DNA of 64,000 nucleotides from positions 126,487,741 through 126,551,740 of the forward strand of contig CM041465.1 in assembly GCA_023213395.1 (NCBI GenBank), in the 5' to 3' direction. Numbering within the stretch: position 1 is the first letter of the stretch; every line of letters begins with the position of its first letter. Shown in pieces: positions 41,319 to 53,900 of this stretch. This DNA comes from Cycas panzhihuaensis (taxonomy: Eukaryota > Plantae > Cycadophyta). The notes beneath the pieces are model-generated. The model made no database searches, was not told where the DNA came from, and worked only from the letters and a program-made list of their open reading frames with translations. The translations under genes were made by a program, and so were the position numbers.

Positions 41319-43431
41319 AGATCACACATGAGTTGGTATTACACTTTGAGAAAGAGATGGGCATTTAAAAGGGCAGCCATAAACCTTATTATTTAGATCA
41401 CAAGATAAAATGTAATAATTAAGAAGCCAAAATATAAATAAACCTTGCTATTAAGTAACAAAAATAAAGGAGACCTCAAAAGTAGAAGCCTTTAAAAAGG
41501 AAGTCACAAGATTAAAGTTATAAAGAAAGAAACCTAAACTTACTAAGTAGAAGAAGAACAAAAAAATATACGGAGTATGACAGTAATTAAGAAGTGGTGT
41601 CACATTTGTGATAATAATTCATATTCTAGTAAAAAATGTGACCTAAATGAGAGGAATAATATGGTAAAAAAGTAAAGTACATGGTGTTATATTTGTGATA
41701 TGGATAACCATAATATGAATAAACACTATTTTAATATATGTAAAACAAACCAATACGATACAAGTTATGGAAGAAGGAACAACTTAACCATGATGCAATA
41801 TACTAATGACGCAGGAAGGCATGTGAAAAAATAATAATGCATGAAGAGAGAGTAAAGGAAATGTACTAAACTAACTAAAATAATAGAGATAAAATTGATC
41901 TATCCTCATAGAAAATACCTATAGAGATCAAACATCACCTAATAAGAAGGCTGTCAAAATCTAAGAGGTCCACTAGAGCATATATGCCTAAACTGTTGAG
42001 AAAAGTATGTGCTTGGCCTATTGCAGATACCCTTTATAAAGGAGAATATCCTATCCTAACCCAGACTCTTAAATATACCTAAAACACTAGACTCAATCTT
42101 AAAATATGAGAAGGGACTAACTAGAGTAAGAGCCCTAAAGGAGTTAAGACAACAGGATCCATATGATCATTAGGTAGGTTCTTGGAAAATTATCAATTGC
42201 AGTGACTCATCTCACATAAGTTTGAGATAGGCTAATAGTACATGCATTTAACTCCAACTGGCATCAAGCTCTAATAGGTAAAATAAAAAGAGGCCACTGC
42301 TCTCAATAAGATGCATAGAGTTCACTCAGTTTTTGAGGCCGCACATATAAACGCATAGTGAGCGTAGATGCCCACCATTAGGCCATTCAGAATATGAATC
42401 GTAAGACTCTTCTCACATAAGGCCAAACGATCACCTCTCTCATCTAATGGTTAAATCTAGGTTCAAAGAAAGTGATCTACCTTATTTGTAAAAGAATAAG
42501 TACTTTGAGATATTATATATCTTGATGTATTTTGTATATGCAAGAAGATAATTTATATCTTCTTGTTGTTTAGGAGATTAAAGTCAAATAATTATTGTTG
42601 AACTAATTTCTAGGTGTGATGTTGATGTACTCTAAAGTAAATAAATGGCAATTCATTATTTTGAATCAAATAAGAAAACCAATGACAAAAAAGAGTTAAA
42701 TTTAAGAATCGAAATGTTTACTAGACGAATAAAGAGCGTAGAAGCTGTTTTCTTTCATTGTGTTTGGACGTTACTAATATTGACAACACAACGTAGATGA
42801 CGCACTATCAAGAGCGAATGATTCCCAGGTATTACATCTGCATTCATTTTAGTTTGTAGAAATGGTGCTTCAAAGCTTCGTTAGCTGAAAGACATTCCCT
42901 TGGGTCAAACTTCAGTAAATCTCGAAGATGGGGTGTTGTTTGAAGAAAACCTCTTCTTTAAGGTCTCTATTGAGGAAAGTACCCTTCACATCCATTTGCT
43001 AAATATTTCGATTAAATTAGATTGCTAAGGACATAACCAAACGGAATGTGATCACATTGGCTACCGGTGCAAAGGTCTTGTGATAATCAATCCCCTCTTG
43101 TTATTTAAAACCTCCCGCTATAAGGCGAGCTTTGCAAGTGTCATACTTTCTAAGGCCTTTTAACATTTATGGGAGGAGGAACATCCATTAATAATTGTTA
43201 TACCCATTAGGATTTAGTTGAATGCTAGTGGCTTCCACCTGAAGCTTATAAACTAAAATTGGATGTAAAGTTATACTTTCTTGAGTTGTTGATGTAGATG
43301 CTACTGGAATCGATGAAGGAGCTGGAGTGTAGGAGGAGGCTAGTTTTGGTGGCTCGACAATTTGTCCAAGAGTCACTTAAGATACAAAAACTACTTCTAC
43401 TGCTATAATATAAGGTTGAGGTGGATGTAGG

Positions 43432-43730
43432 TGAAAAGAGTGGATCTATCCTTCATCTCCATGCACTAAACACAAAGGCAAACATGGGAGCAAGAGAGAC
43501 TTGAGAGAAAGAAAGTAGCTCTCACAAAATGGGGAGGTAAAAGAATGAATCTCCTCCATTGAGCTTTACTTTTATATTGAGAGAGGGAGCATTTGAGTTA
43601 GGTGAAATGAAATTACACATAATGCACATGAAAGTACATTTCACTTAAGTGATCTAATTTAAAGTTCACTTAAGACCCTTTTTTGAAATAATCAACTAAT
43701 GTAATGACCTTATGTCATTAACCCTTTTCA
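43432..43730 (-). repeat. 3' LTR (299 bp)
   Basis: Direct repeat of 50668-50966 with 3 substitutions; 7-bp terminal inverted repeat. Confidence 0.97.
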
Positions 43731-43743
43731 ATCTCCCCCTTAA
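43731..43743 (-). other. Polypurine tract
   Basis: TTAAGGGGGAGAT on the - strand, directly abutting the 3' LTR. Confidence 0.9.
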
Positions 43744-44131
43744 TGGTAGAAGGTCATTTCATTCTATTTTATTCTATCCTATGAGGTCTTCATTTGAGCC
43801 TCTTACAAAGCAAACTAGTATGATACTTTTGTGGGAAACCCTCATGTGGAAGAAAACCCACAAATTTTCTAATCTACTAACTTTGGCTCGGTGCTCTTTA
43901 AATGTAGCGAGATAACCAATCAAGACAATAAATTTTGTAGTGAAATCTCGAGTCTCCATATACCATTTGGTCATCCCCATGCCCTTTCGGTTTGTTTCAC
44001 AGTTCGATTTTCCAAAATGATACAACCCTTATCCTTTCGCGCCACATGGGGTTTTCACGAATGGGATAGGCAGAGACTTACTCTTGTCCTTCCGCCCACA
44101 AGGGGTTTTCACGAATGAGACAGTATGATGG

Positions 44132-47100
44132 TCATATTGTCATCTCCTTCAATCGGTTAGAGATGAAGGCCCTAAGGCTGAGTTGTCTTCGGAGCTGTTC
44201 AAACTTCACCCTCTTCAATGGTTTGGTGAAGATATCGGCCACTTGATCTGCTGTGGGGCAGTACTCCAATTGAATTGTGCCATCATGAACTAGTTCTCTA
44301 ATCCATGGACTTTTGTACTTATATGTTTGGTACGATCATGAAATACAGGATATTTAGCCATCTGGATTGTAGATTGATTATCTACATGTAAGCTAGTAGA
44401 ACTTGTTTGGGTGGCATTTAATGTATTCAACAATTTTCTAAGCCATATCACCTCCTTGCTTGTCTCAGAAGCGAATGTACTCGACTTGGTTGAGTGCGCA
44501 ACTATCTTTGCCTTTGGATCTCCATGATATTGGTCTTTGTTCCAAGAAATGTTACGTGCAGGGCGTAGATCTTCCTGTGTCTTTATCTCAAAAGTGAGTG
44601 CGTGTATGCATAAAGTTTAAATTCGCATTGGGTTCATACAAGGACCATCTTTGCTGGGCGTCTTTAGGGACCACAATACTCGTATTGCAGCTTGCCAATG
44701 ATTCTGCTTAGGATTTGTCATGAATCTTGTAAGAATGCCGAGTGTGTGCAATATCGGCCTTGTGTTGGTAGTATAGATGAGACTACCTACAAGTTGCCTA
44801 TAGAGTGTTGCGTGCCTCCCTAGTGTCACCATCAGCTGAGAGTTTAATATTAGGCTCCATAGGTGTATCCCTTGGTCGAGCACCTTCTAACTGAAACTTT
44901 GTCAGAAGATCGTTGATATATTTTTCTTGGGAGAGAAAGATTTTGCCATCCTTTTGAGTTACTTCAATTCCCAAGTAATATTTCATCAACCCGAGGTCAG
45001 ACAATTCAAAAGTTTTAGCAAGGTTCTTCTTCACCGGGTGACACTGCTCACTATTCCCTGTTATGAGCATGTCATCCACAAAGATTAAGAGGTAAGTGAC
45101 TTTATCATTTTGGCGCTTGATGAATAATGTTGCATCAATATCTTGATAGTCACAAACCTCATATCCAAGTTGCCTCATTCTTTCAGACAACTTGGTAAAC
45201 CAAGCACGAGGGGCTTGCTTTAGGCCGATAAGGACTTTTGAGCCTACAAACTTTATGCTCCCCGATCAATCTCGTATCCTACGGCTGAGCCATGTAAATT
45301 TCTTCTTCAAGATCTCCATTGAGAAATGCAGTCTTAACATCGAGTTGGTGGATTTTCCAACCCTGTTGAGCAGCCAAGGCTATTAGAGTTCTGATTGTAG
45401 GCCACTTGGTTGTAGGAGCAAAGATTTCAGTGTAGTCAATGCCTTCCCTTTGCGTGAATCCTTTTGCTACCAACCTTGCCTTGTGTTTTTCTAGGGTGCC
45501 ATCTGATCTATACTTGTTTTTGAACACCCATTTATTTTGAACTACCTTTCTTCCAAGTGGTAGATCAACAAGCTCCCATGTATCGTTCTTAATAAGAGAT
45601 TGATACTCTTCGTTCATGGCATTTCTCCAAGCTGCATGCTTTACAGCTTCTTGGTACGTTAGGGGCTCTTCATTAAGAGCAAGATGCAGCTCTGCTGGTT
45701 CAAGCTCAACGGAAAGTGATTCATGCATCCTTGCTCTATGGGCACTTCTAGTGCCAGTTTTGCCTACCTCATCTGGTCACATGTCCTTGTGTAGCTGGTA
45801 GGCTTCACGAAAGCCTCGAGTTGGAAATGAGGGTTTCACTTCCACAACCTCTTGATCTTCGTTTTGATCCTGAAAAGGATCATGTGAAATATTTGGCACG
45901 GAGGAAGTTGGCGATCTTTGGAGAAGATGGGCCAACCACAGATGTTGGAGAAGATGATCCTTCTGCTATGGCTTTGCCTTTGTCAACTTGGCTATTCACA
46001 AATGATGGTCTTTGGATGTGTACACATTGGATTGGACTCACAGCTTGTATCCTCCGAGGCTCTATTATCAGATTCTAAGATTTTAAGCATCTGTTCAAAG
46101 ATCTCCCCTAAATTTTGGAACTGACATCAAATTCAGTAGCATCATTAAATCGGTATGAAGGCATCTTAGAGTCAAGTCTGAGTAATTGATCTTCAGTCTC
46201 TGCAAAGATAACATCTCTAGTGATGATGATTTTGCGCTCTGAAGGTATAAAAACCTTGTATCCCTTTTGTCCATAGGGTATCCGACAAAGATGCCTTTGA
46301 TGGCTCTATCTTGGAGCTTATTTCTATGTTCCTGCAAAATATGAGCATAACAAGTAGAGCCAAAAATCAAGTGTGAGATAGAGGGGTTTGTCCATACCAC
46401 ATTTCATGTGGAGAGGGGCCGAGCTTGGAGGGACTAATGTTGTTGATGCAATACACAGCCCGTATAGCCTCACCAAAGATAGATAGGGACATTTTATATA
46501 CTAGCATAAAGACGAGCCATATTCATGATGGTCCTATTCATACGCTCGGTAACTCCATTTTGCTGGGGTGTACCTGCAATAGTGGTCTGATGTTTGATTC
46601 CACGTTGACGTAGGTACGATTCAAACTCATTGGATGTGTACTCGCCACCATTATCAGTCCTGAGTATTTTGATCTTGAATCCAGATTCATTTTCCACTCG
46701 GGCCTTGAAAGCTTGAAACATAGAGAAAGCTTCATCTTTCTTTGCAAGAAAAGCAACCCATACTTTCTTGGTAAAATCATCAATGAAAGTAATATAGTAC
46801 CACTGCTTGATAGAAGGGATGGGCATAGGACCGCATATATCCGAGTGTACAAGTCGCAAAGGTTGGGTAGATTTCCACTGACTACGAGGAAAGGGTTGTC
46901 TTTGAGATTTAGCAATAATACATGCTTCACATTTAAAGGGCTTGGAGGAACTTAGGCAAACCAGAAGAGTGTCTTGTAGTTCTCTTAAACGATCAATTTT
47001 GATATGGCCCATACGAGCATGCCATAGAGTCGCTGGGACAACTTTTGAGGAGTCGTGGTTGTGGTAAAAACAAATTCATCATCAACATAGTTGGCTTCAG

Positions 47101-48637
47101 AGGATGGTGAGCCAGTTAGGCGAAAAAGTTTGCCATCAAGAATTCCGGTCATAACCACAAAGATTTGAAGGAGGGTGAATGACAGAGAGTTTGATTGTTT
47201 GCGCTACACTCGATCAAATCCACGAGAGACAAGGGTGGACAGAGAGCGATTCTCGCTCAGAAAGGTGAATATATAAAACATCAACAAGTGTAAACTGAAG
47301 GCACAGGAGTTTGTGCAAACTGTTCCAAGTCCTTCGACTGGCTGAGATGATTTGTCAGCCATGTGTACAACACCACGAACTTCAGAGTCAAAATCTTGAA
47401 AGAACTGATGGCAAGTCATGTGTTGTGTTGCTCCAAAGATCCATGATCCACGATGAAGTATTTGAGGTAGCACTATTTGCAACTCCAAGTGGTGAAGGCA
47501 AAAGTGAATAAGCATAGCCACAATGAGCCTCAATATACTTAGTGGATCTATCAACAACATTTGATGAAGTGGTCCCAATTCTTTGAAGGTGTGCATGAGC
47601 AAATTGCTCCACCAAAAGCATCTTCAAAGAAGTATTATCAACATTATGTGCACTATGGCGTTGATAACTTGGTAGTTTGTTGGTGGCGCTCGCAATTTTG
47701 GCATAATGTCCTCTTCTATTACACCTTTGGCACACGATTGTTTGATTTCCACCCAAGTATTAGGCTAGCCGGATTGTCTCGACATCGGATCTAGGTCCGT
47801 GTTGATTATTTTGCCCTTGGCCTTGAGACTGTTTTTGTTGGAATTGAGGAGCCTGTTGACTAAGAGGACGTTGTCCTTATTGTCTACCTCTTCCTCTTCC
47901 TCGGGAATTACCACCTTTACGAGAGTATTGACCTTGATTTTTGGTGTAACAAAGATCTTCTTCCACTTCAAAAGTAGCATCAATTGGATCTGATGTAGTG
48001 GCAAAGTTGGTATCAAAGGTCTTATCAAATTCAATGAACTTATCAGCAAGATCCTCAAAGTTTAGGGTCTTTAAAGTTCCTTTGGATTGAAGACTCCCAA
48101 TAGATTTTTATAACTGGGATATGGAGGCATGATGAATCAAGAAAGCCCATGTAATGCATTGAGTTTTAAAATCTTTATCAATGGCTTACTTGATTGGACG
48201 AAGGAGATTGATTGTCTCACTTGCATGTCCTTTTTGCATTTTCAATTTGTTCATCTTCAACACTAAGTGAACAAATTCTAAGTCTGATTTAGTGTCAAAG
48301 TTCTTCTTAAGAACTTCAAGAACTTTCCATGCTGTATCATGTACAGCTTCATCAATGAGATTATGCAGGAAATAATCAGTGACAAGCAATATCCCTGCAC
48401 GGATTTTATCATCATCAAGTTCCCATTGCCGTTTAGCTACAGCTTCAGTGGGAGCAGTTAGAGCACCTCCTCTTCAAGCAGCTTGTGGTAGTCAGAATGC
48501 AATGTGGTGTAGGTTGTAAGTGATCTCTCCATAGACCTTCATACTTTACAAAGATTTCTAACACATGTGAACCACATGTCCCAATTTTCTTTCCCTTTTA
48601 GAATGCAGTTCACATTTTGCTTGAACTGTGAAGACAT
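44132..48637 (-). pseudogene. copia gag-pol polyprotein, broken into many frames as assembled
   Basis: Start MSSQFKQNVNCILKGKENWDMW (ATG 48637); UBN2-like gag 48186-48389; zinc knuckle CQRCNRRGH; protease WIMD/GATQHMT; WHARMGH; integrase LVHSDICGP..RTDNGGEY..QQNGVTER; RT KARLVAKGFTQREGIDY, QLDVKTAFLNG, FVDDML; RNase H ADIFTKPL; stop ~44132. Confidence 0.93.
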
Positions 48638-48801
48638 TGTGTCTTTTTAGAAGAGAAGAAATAAACAAGGGACTATAAAAGTGATGGCAATAAATGACCG
48701 ATCACTATTTACAAATGGGAAATGTAATGAAGTAGTGTAGAAGAAGGAAGAAGAAGTGAGAATGGTTGCTCAAAGATGAAGGGAGCAACTTAGAGAAAAG
48801 T

Positions 48802-48929
48802 CACCAACACTTGTGACAAATATTAACCTAACGCAGCAGGAATATGAGAAGCACTATGATAAAAATTGGCCACTAACACTTGTGGCAAATATTAACCTGA
48901 CGCAGCAGGAATATGAGAAGTACTATGAT
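48802..48929. repeat. Two-copy direct repeat, 69-bp period, in the copia 5' leader
   Basis: CAC(C/T)AACACTTGTG(A/G)CAAATATTAACCT(A/G)ACGCAGCAGGAATATGAGAAG(C/T)ACTATGAT at 48802 and 48871. Confidence 0.9.
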
Positions 48930-49817
48930 TGTGATTACACTATGGATCATTTTTTACAAATAAGTAAGTGATCAATATACAAGATTGTAGGCCAATGTAG
49001 AAGTTGACATCATTGGGTTTACACAACTTGAAACTCGAATGTAGGATGCGTAATCAACCCAATAACCTCTAACTTGTGTCCAACGTGTAGTTGAGGTTGT
49101 TGAAGGGATGCCTAGGCTTCTAGTAGAATTAATTTGGTCTTCACCCACGATACCCGCAATCGTGCTTGGTGATGAAATCCAAGTCACAACGAGTTTGTAC
49201 TCCCAATCCTCACCGATTCACCAATGAGCAACTATATACCTCCTCTAAAGAGTGGTACGTGCATACCCATGGCTATGACGGATATTGGATTGGGTATATT
49301 TTAATATTGTATTAAAGTTTCGCTTTTCAGCTTGGTTATCAGGATGATCCCTGATTGAGGCACGATGGTATGGCTAACCAAACCTCACCAATATTCCGGT
49401 TTAGTCCAGTCCCAACTTGAAACCCACACCTCCTTTATGGCACCAAGATTCGCCAACCAAGGTATCTCAACCTTGGCGAGTATGTGAACAGTACAAGATG
49501 GCGTAAAATAGCGACGTGATGCGTTCCTTTTAGGAAGAGTGAAAAGATTATCGAATTGCATCAAACGTACATTTAACTGAAAATAATGCTTGCTTTGAGT
49601 GCTTTTGGAGTGCTTGCTTGAAGTGTCTTTATGTGCTTGCTTTGAGTGATTTTAGAGTGCTGAAATGCAATGCTAATAAGTGAGTGAGGACACCGGATAT
49701 TGCTCTGATCCAGGTGTTTTTTTTTTTTCTCACTTTTACAATGGGCTTTTAAGCCTTATAAAAAGGAAGAAATTTTCTTCACTTTTTTTTTTTTTGTTAA
49801 TACAAAAAAAAGTACTC

Positions 49818-50150
49818 TTCACTAAATCTGCAATAACTTTCTCCCACGATGTCGAAATGGAGTGCCGGTTTTTTTGCTACAAACTAGACTTAGAGCTTCA
49901 TCTTTAGGAAGTGGAATCAGGTCCAAATGAGTTCTGGAAAGTTTTTGACAGCCCCGCAATGTTAGGAAATTATATTTTTCCAAAATTCTTACTAAAAATA
50001 ACTTTTGTTCACTAAAACAGCAATAACTTCCTCATACAACATCCAAATTAGGTGCTGGTTTTTGTACTGGAAAGTAGACTCAGAGCCCCATATTTGACAG
50101 TTGGAATCACTTCAATTGGATCTCTGTAGATGATTTTGCAGACCTGTGAA
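49818..50150. repeat. Diverged two-copy repeat, ~190-bp period, in the copia 5' leader
   Basis: TTCACTAAA..GCAATAACTT...GTGC.GGTTTTT...TAGACT.AGAGC...TGGAATCA at 49818 and 50008. Confidence 0.7.
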
Positions 50151-50653
50151 GTTCAGTAATCAAATTGCATTTCTGCAAAAATTTCAGCTTGCTAATATCT
50201 CATTAACACATGATACCATATGAAATTTCCATCATTTTTTGATCACCAGGATCCCAATATGGGCAAGGTGAGAGCATACAATGATAGATATTTTCAATGG
50301 CTCAAAATTCTTTAAAAAAAAATGGGTAAAAACTCCCCTTACAATCATTCTTCTAAATCTCGGAAAAATTTAGTGACATTTCCCGTTAAATGGACAAAAA
50401 GGGAAAGAAAAGAAGAATGAGATAGCATGAATGGCCAGCAAAGGATTGGAATCCTTGGGCCTTACAACTCCTTGTATTATTCTTCCAAACCTTCAAAATA
50501 GAAAGGAAAAGCAAACAATACAAAATATGCTATCATAATAACTTGAAAATGTTTCTAAATTCACTTTCATAATCTCCTTCACCACATGGATTGTGGGGGA
50601 GAAGGAAGTGATGGCTCCATTGCAAGTGCAAGTGGGGAATATGAAGGAAGCAA

Positions 50654-50665
50654 GCTCTAATACCA
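50654..50665 (-). other. Primer-binding site, tRNA-iMet type
   Basis: TGGTATTAGAGC, one mismatch to the usual plant TGGTATCAGAGC, 2 nt inside the 5' LTR boundary. Confidence 0.88.
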
Positions 50666-50667
50666 CA

Positions 50668-50966
50668 TGAAAAGAGTGGATCTATCCTTCATCTCCATGC
50701 ACTAAACACAAAGGCAAACATGGGAGCAAGAGAGACTTGAGAGAAAGAAAGTAGCTCTCACAAAATGGGGAGGTAAAAGAATGAATCTCCTCCATTGAGC
50801 TTTACTTTTATATTGAGAGAGGGAGCATTTGAGTTCGGTGAAATGAAATTACACATAATGCACATGAAAGTGCATTTCACTTAAGTGATCTAATTTAAAG
50901 TTCACTTAAGACCCTTTTTCGAAATAATCAACTAATGTAATGACCTTATGTCATTAACCCTTTTCA
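50668..50966 (-). repeat. 5' LTR (299 bp)
   Basis: Direct repeat of 43432-43730, followed by the TSD GTAGG. Confidence 0.97.
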
Positions 50967-53900
50967 GTAGGTCCTATAAATCTTCTATAAATATTATATC
51001 CCGTGTTACGTAAACTTGGTTACCAACTATGTCAAACACTTTATAGGCTTTACAACAAAGTACATAGCTAAGGAAGATGCATTTCAGGCTCTTGTCATCA
51101 AGCTTCTTTTTGTTTTCCTTTGAAATATATTTATATTCCATGCATCCAAAGATCTTCACTAGTACTACCGATGGTTTCTGACCTGACTAAACTTCTTCAA
51201 GAGTAATATTCCTAACTACAATTCTGGGACTTATGTTGGTTAGATAAGTAGTTATGGTTGTGGCATCAACCTAAGATCTGGTGGTAAGATTTGCAGGACT
51301 AAGCATTGCTTTTCCTTTATTTATCAATGTCTAATTCATTCTTTTGACTACACGATTTTGTTGAGTTGTGTGGAGATGGGCGATGTTGGATGCCATGTTC
51401 CTTGCCCAAAATGTTGAACTGATTAGAAATATACTTGCCACCATTATCAGATCTAAGGAGCTTGATTATCCTTCTACTTTTCTTTTCTATGGCAGCTTTG
51501 AACTCTTTGAATTTATTTAGGGTTTTATACTTATCTCTTAGGAAATAGACCTACATTTTCCTTGAGATGTCATCTATGAATGTGATGAAATGCCAGTTTT
51601 TATTGAGTGGTTAGACAGGTATCAACCCATAAATTTCTGGGTGGACCATCTCTAACGGCGCTAGGGATCTCCATGCGTTCTTAGAAGGAAAATTTTCTCG
51701 TTAGCACTTTTCTATTAGGCAAGCGTGACATATGTTGTTGTACCTGTTAATTTTATGTAAACCGTGTACGCTTTGGAGCTTAAACATGAGGTCCAAGCTT
51801 TGCATGTTTAAATGGCTTAGTCATTAATTCCATAGATATACTTTGGAGCTATTTAAGATGACAATTTCCTTTCAATATGAGAATTGACCTGGTTCTTATA
51901 TACAAGGAGACTCTTCATTAATGACTTCGTTTACCTTATCAGTTTAAGCTGTGTTGGGAATTGAACAAGCTTTATTTTATAGAGTAGTTGTAAGGGGGAT
52001 ACCACCAAACCTATATAGGCCACCATCTTCATGTCTTTTGGCCACATGTTTGCATGTTGCATGATCTGCAATTCTACTAATGCCCTAGCTAAAGAGGACA
52101 TCTAAATTCAGTTTATTTATTTCATTGATAGAGAGCAAGTTCATCTCCATTTCGGGTGCAAGGAATATATTATTGATGTGGTGCCTCGTATTGGAGTCCT
52201 TCAAAGCTATTGGAGCACTACCAATTTTGGTTATTATCGTAAGTCAAATTATCCCCAAATGTGAAAGTTTGAGTATGGATTGGGCGGGTCTCTTCTAACA
52301 TTTTTTCTAATCCGATCATATATCTCGTTACAACTGTCTCAAGGAGCCATGCATCCTCATCAAGTTGTGAAGAAGCAGCTGCAAAGAATAGGTTATGGAA
52401 GGAGGAATCCTAATTGTCTACCACATTACTTCCCTATTATTTATTATTATGCTGGTTCCTTTAATTTTTGATAGTGAATTGCTGCTTATTTTGAGGTCTT
52501 TCTCCTTGAGCAGGTCTCAGATTCCAATTGTGTTGGTAGAATTAGCCTTGTGGTTGGAATGATGACCCTTCTTATTATTGAATAAGGCCTCTTTATTAGA
52601 AATATCAGCCTCCTTGTTATAAAATAAGACCTCACTATTATGGAAACAAGGCTCTTTGTAGAAGGCACGATCCTTCTTAGTAATATCCTTGTCTCTATTA
52701 AGAGTAACTAAGACCTCCTTGTTGATATGAGGGTGGTTCTTATTAGTAGATTAGGCCTAATCGTTGATAATAAGAGGTAGCTTATTAGAAGCGAGGCCCA
52801 TATGATTGGCTCAATTGATTTTACAAGAGCTGTAAATCAACTTGTCCTCACTTGCATTAACTAAGTGTCTTTTCTAATTATAGTAGAGGCAACTGACATT
52901 TGGTCTCACCTATTAATTCTTTTAAAGTTGTGCATATGGCTGGTATTGAGATTGCTGATGCCAATGAGTTAGACGGGAGGATGAGGTGTTAATTGGTTAT
53001 TACTTCTCTTAGGTTGGATGTTGATATGGCTCTTGGGATGTGGTCAGAGAATCCAAGTGTTGAGTTAGATCTTGGTGTTGACTAAGCTGTTGAGTTGATC
53101 TATTGATAGTCTTACGCTTTTATGAGTTATGGGCTGTAAAGGTAGGAGCGGGGTTAGATATACATGTCGCCCTAAGTCAGTTGAGTATATTCTCCTCTTA
53201 TAACAAGAGTTCCTCACAGGTCGTGAAGTCTATTTTGGAATAATTACCATGTAATTCGGAAACAAAGGAGTTATATTATATAGATAGGATGTCAGTGATG
53301 CTAGAGATTAAATCATGGTTTAAAAGTAGTTCATTAAGGATTATAAGTTAGTTCCTAGTTATTTTGACTTTAATCAAGTGGTGTGCAACACTGCCAAAAC
53401 AAGTATACCTTTATTAAAACTTTATGAACTTAAAGAAGATAATTTATGAAAATAAGATTAATTTTAGATTCACGTATTTATTATAGGGTGTACCCTATGC
53501 TTGGCACAAATAATTACACCCAACGAAGACATGGGAGAATATTATGAAGTAATTTAAGGAGATATTGTAAATGTTTTTAAGTAATGAGGTAGTGGAGTTA
53601 TCTCTCAAGGAAATGAGATAAAGGCTAGTAGAATTACTATTAATACATATATAAAAAATAAATATTAAAGTTGTAAGTATTATGAATGGAGAAAAAATGA
53701 TGGATTATAATAAGAGAAACTATTTTATAAATGGGCTAAATTCTAAAGTAAGGGCCACAATGGTGACTCATTCCTTGAAATGCTTCTATTTCACACATGA
53801 GTTGGTATGCAACCACAAACCTTATTATTTAGATCACGAGACAAAATGTAATAATTAATAAGACAAAATATAAATAAACCTTGCTATTAAGTAACAAAAG

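Larger units (their letters stand above)
43432..50966 (-). mobile_element. Full-length, recently inserted Ty1/copia LTR retrotransposon (7,535 bp)
   Basis: Two 299-bp LTRs (TGAAAAG...CTTTTCA), 5-bp TSD GTAGG (43427-43431 and 50967-50971), PBS, PPT, and domain order gag-PR-INT-RT-RH. Confidence 0.97.

Noticed and set aside
49310-49360. Hammerhead-ribozyme-like string on the - strand (CTGATAACCAAGCTGAAAAGCGAAAC)
   Set aside because: The core is CUGAUAA rather than CUGANGA, four extra bases precede the putative stem II, and I could not find convincing stems I and III.
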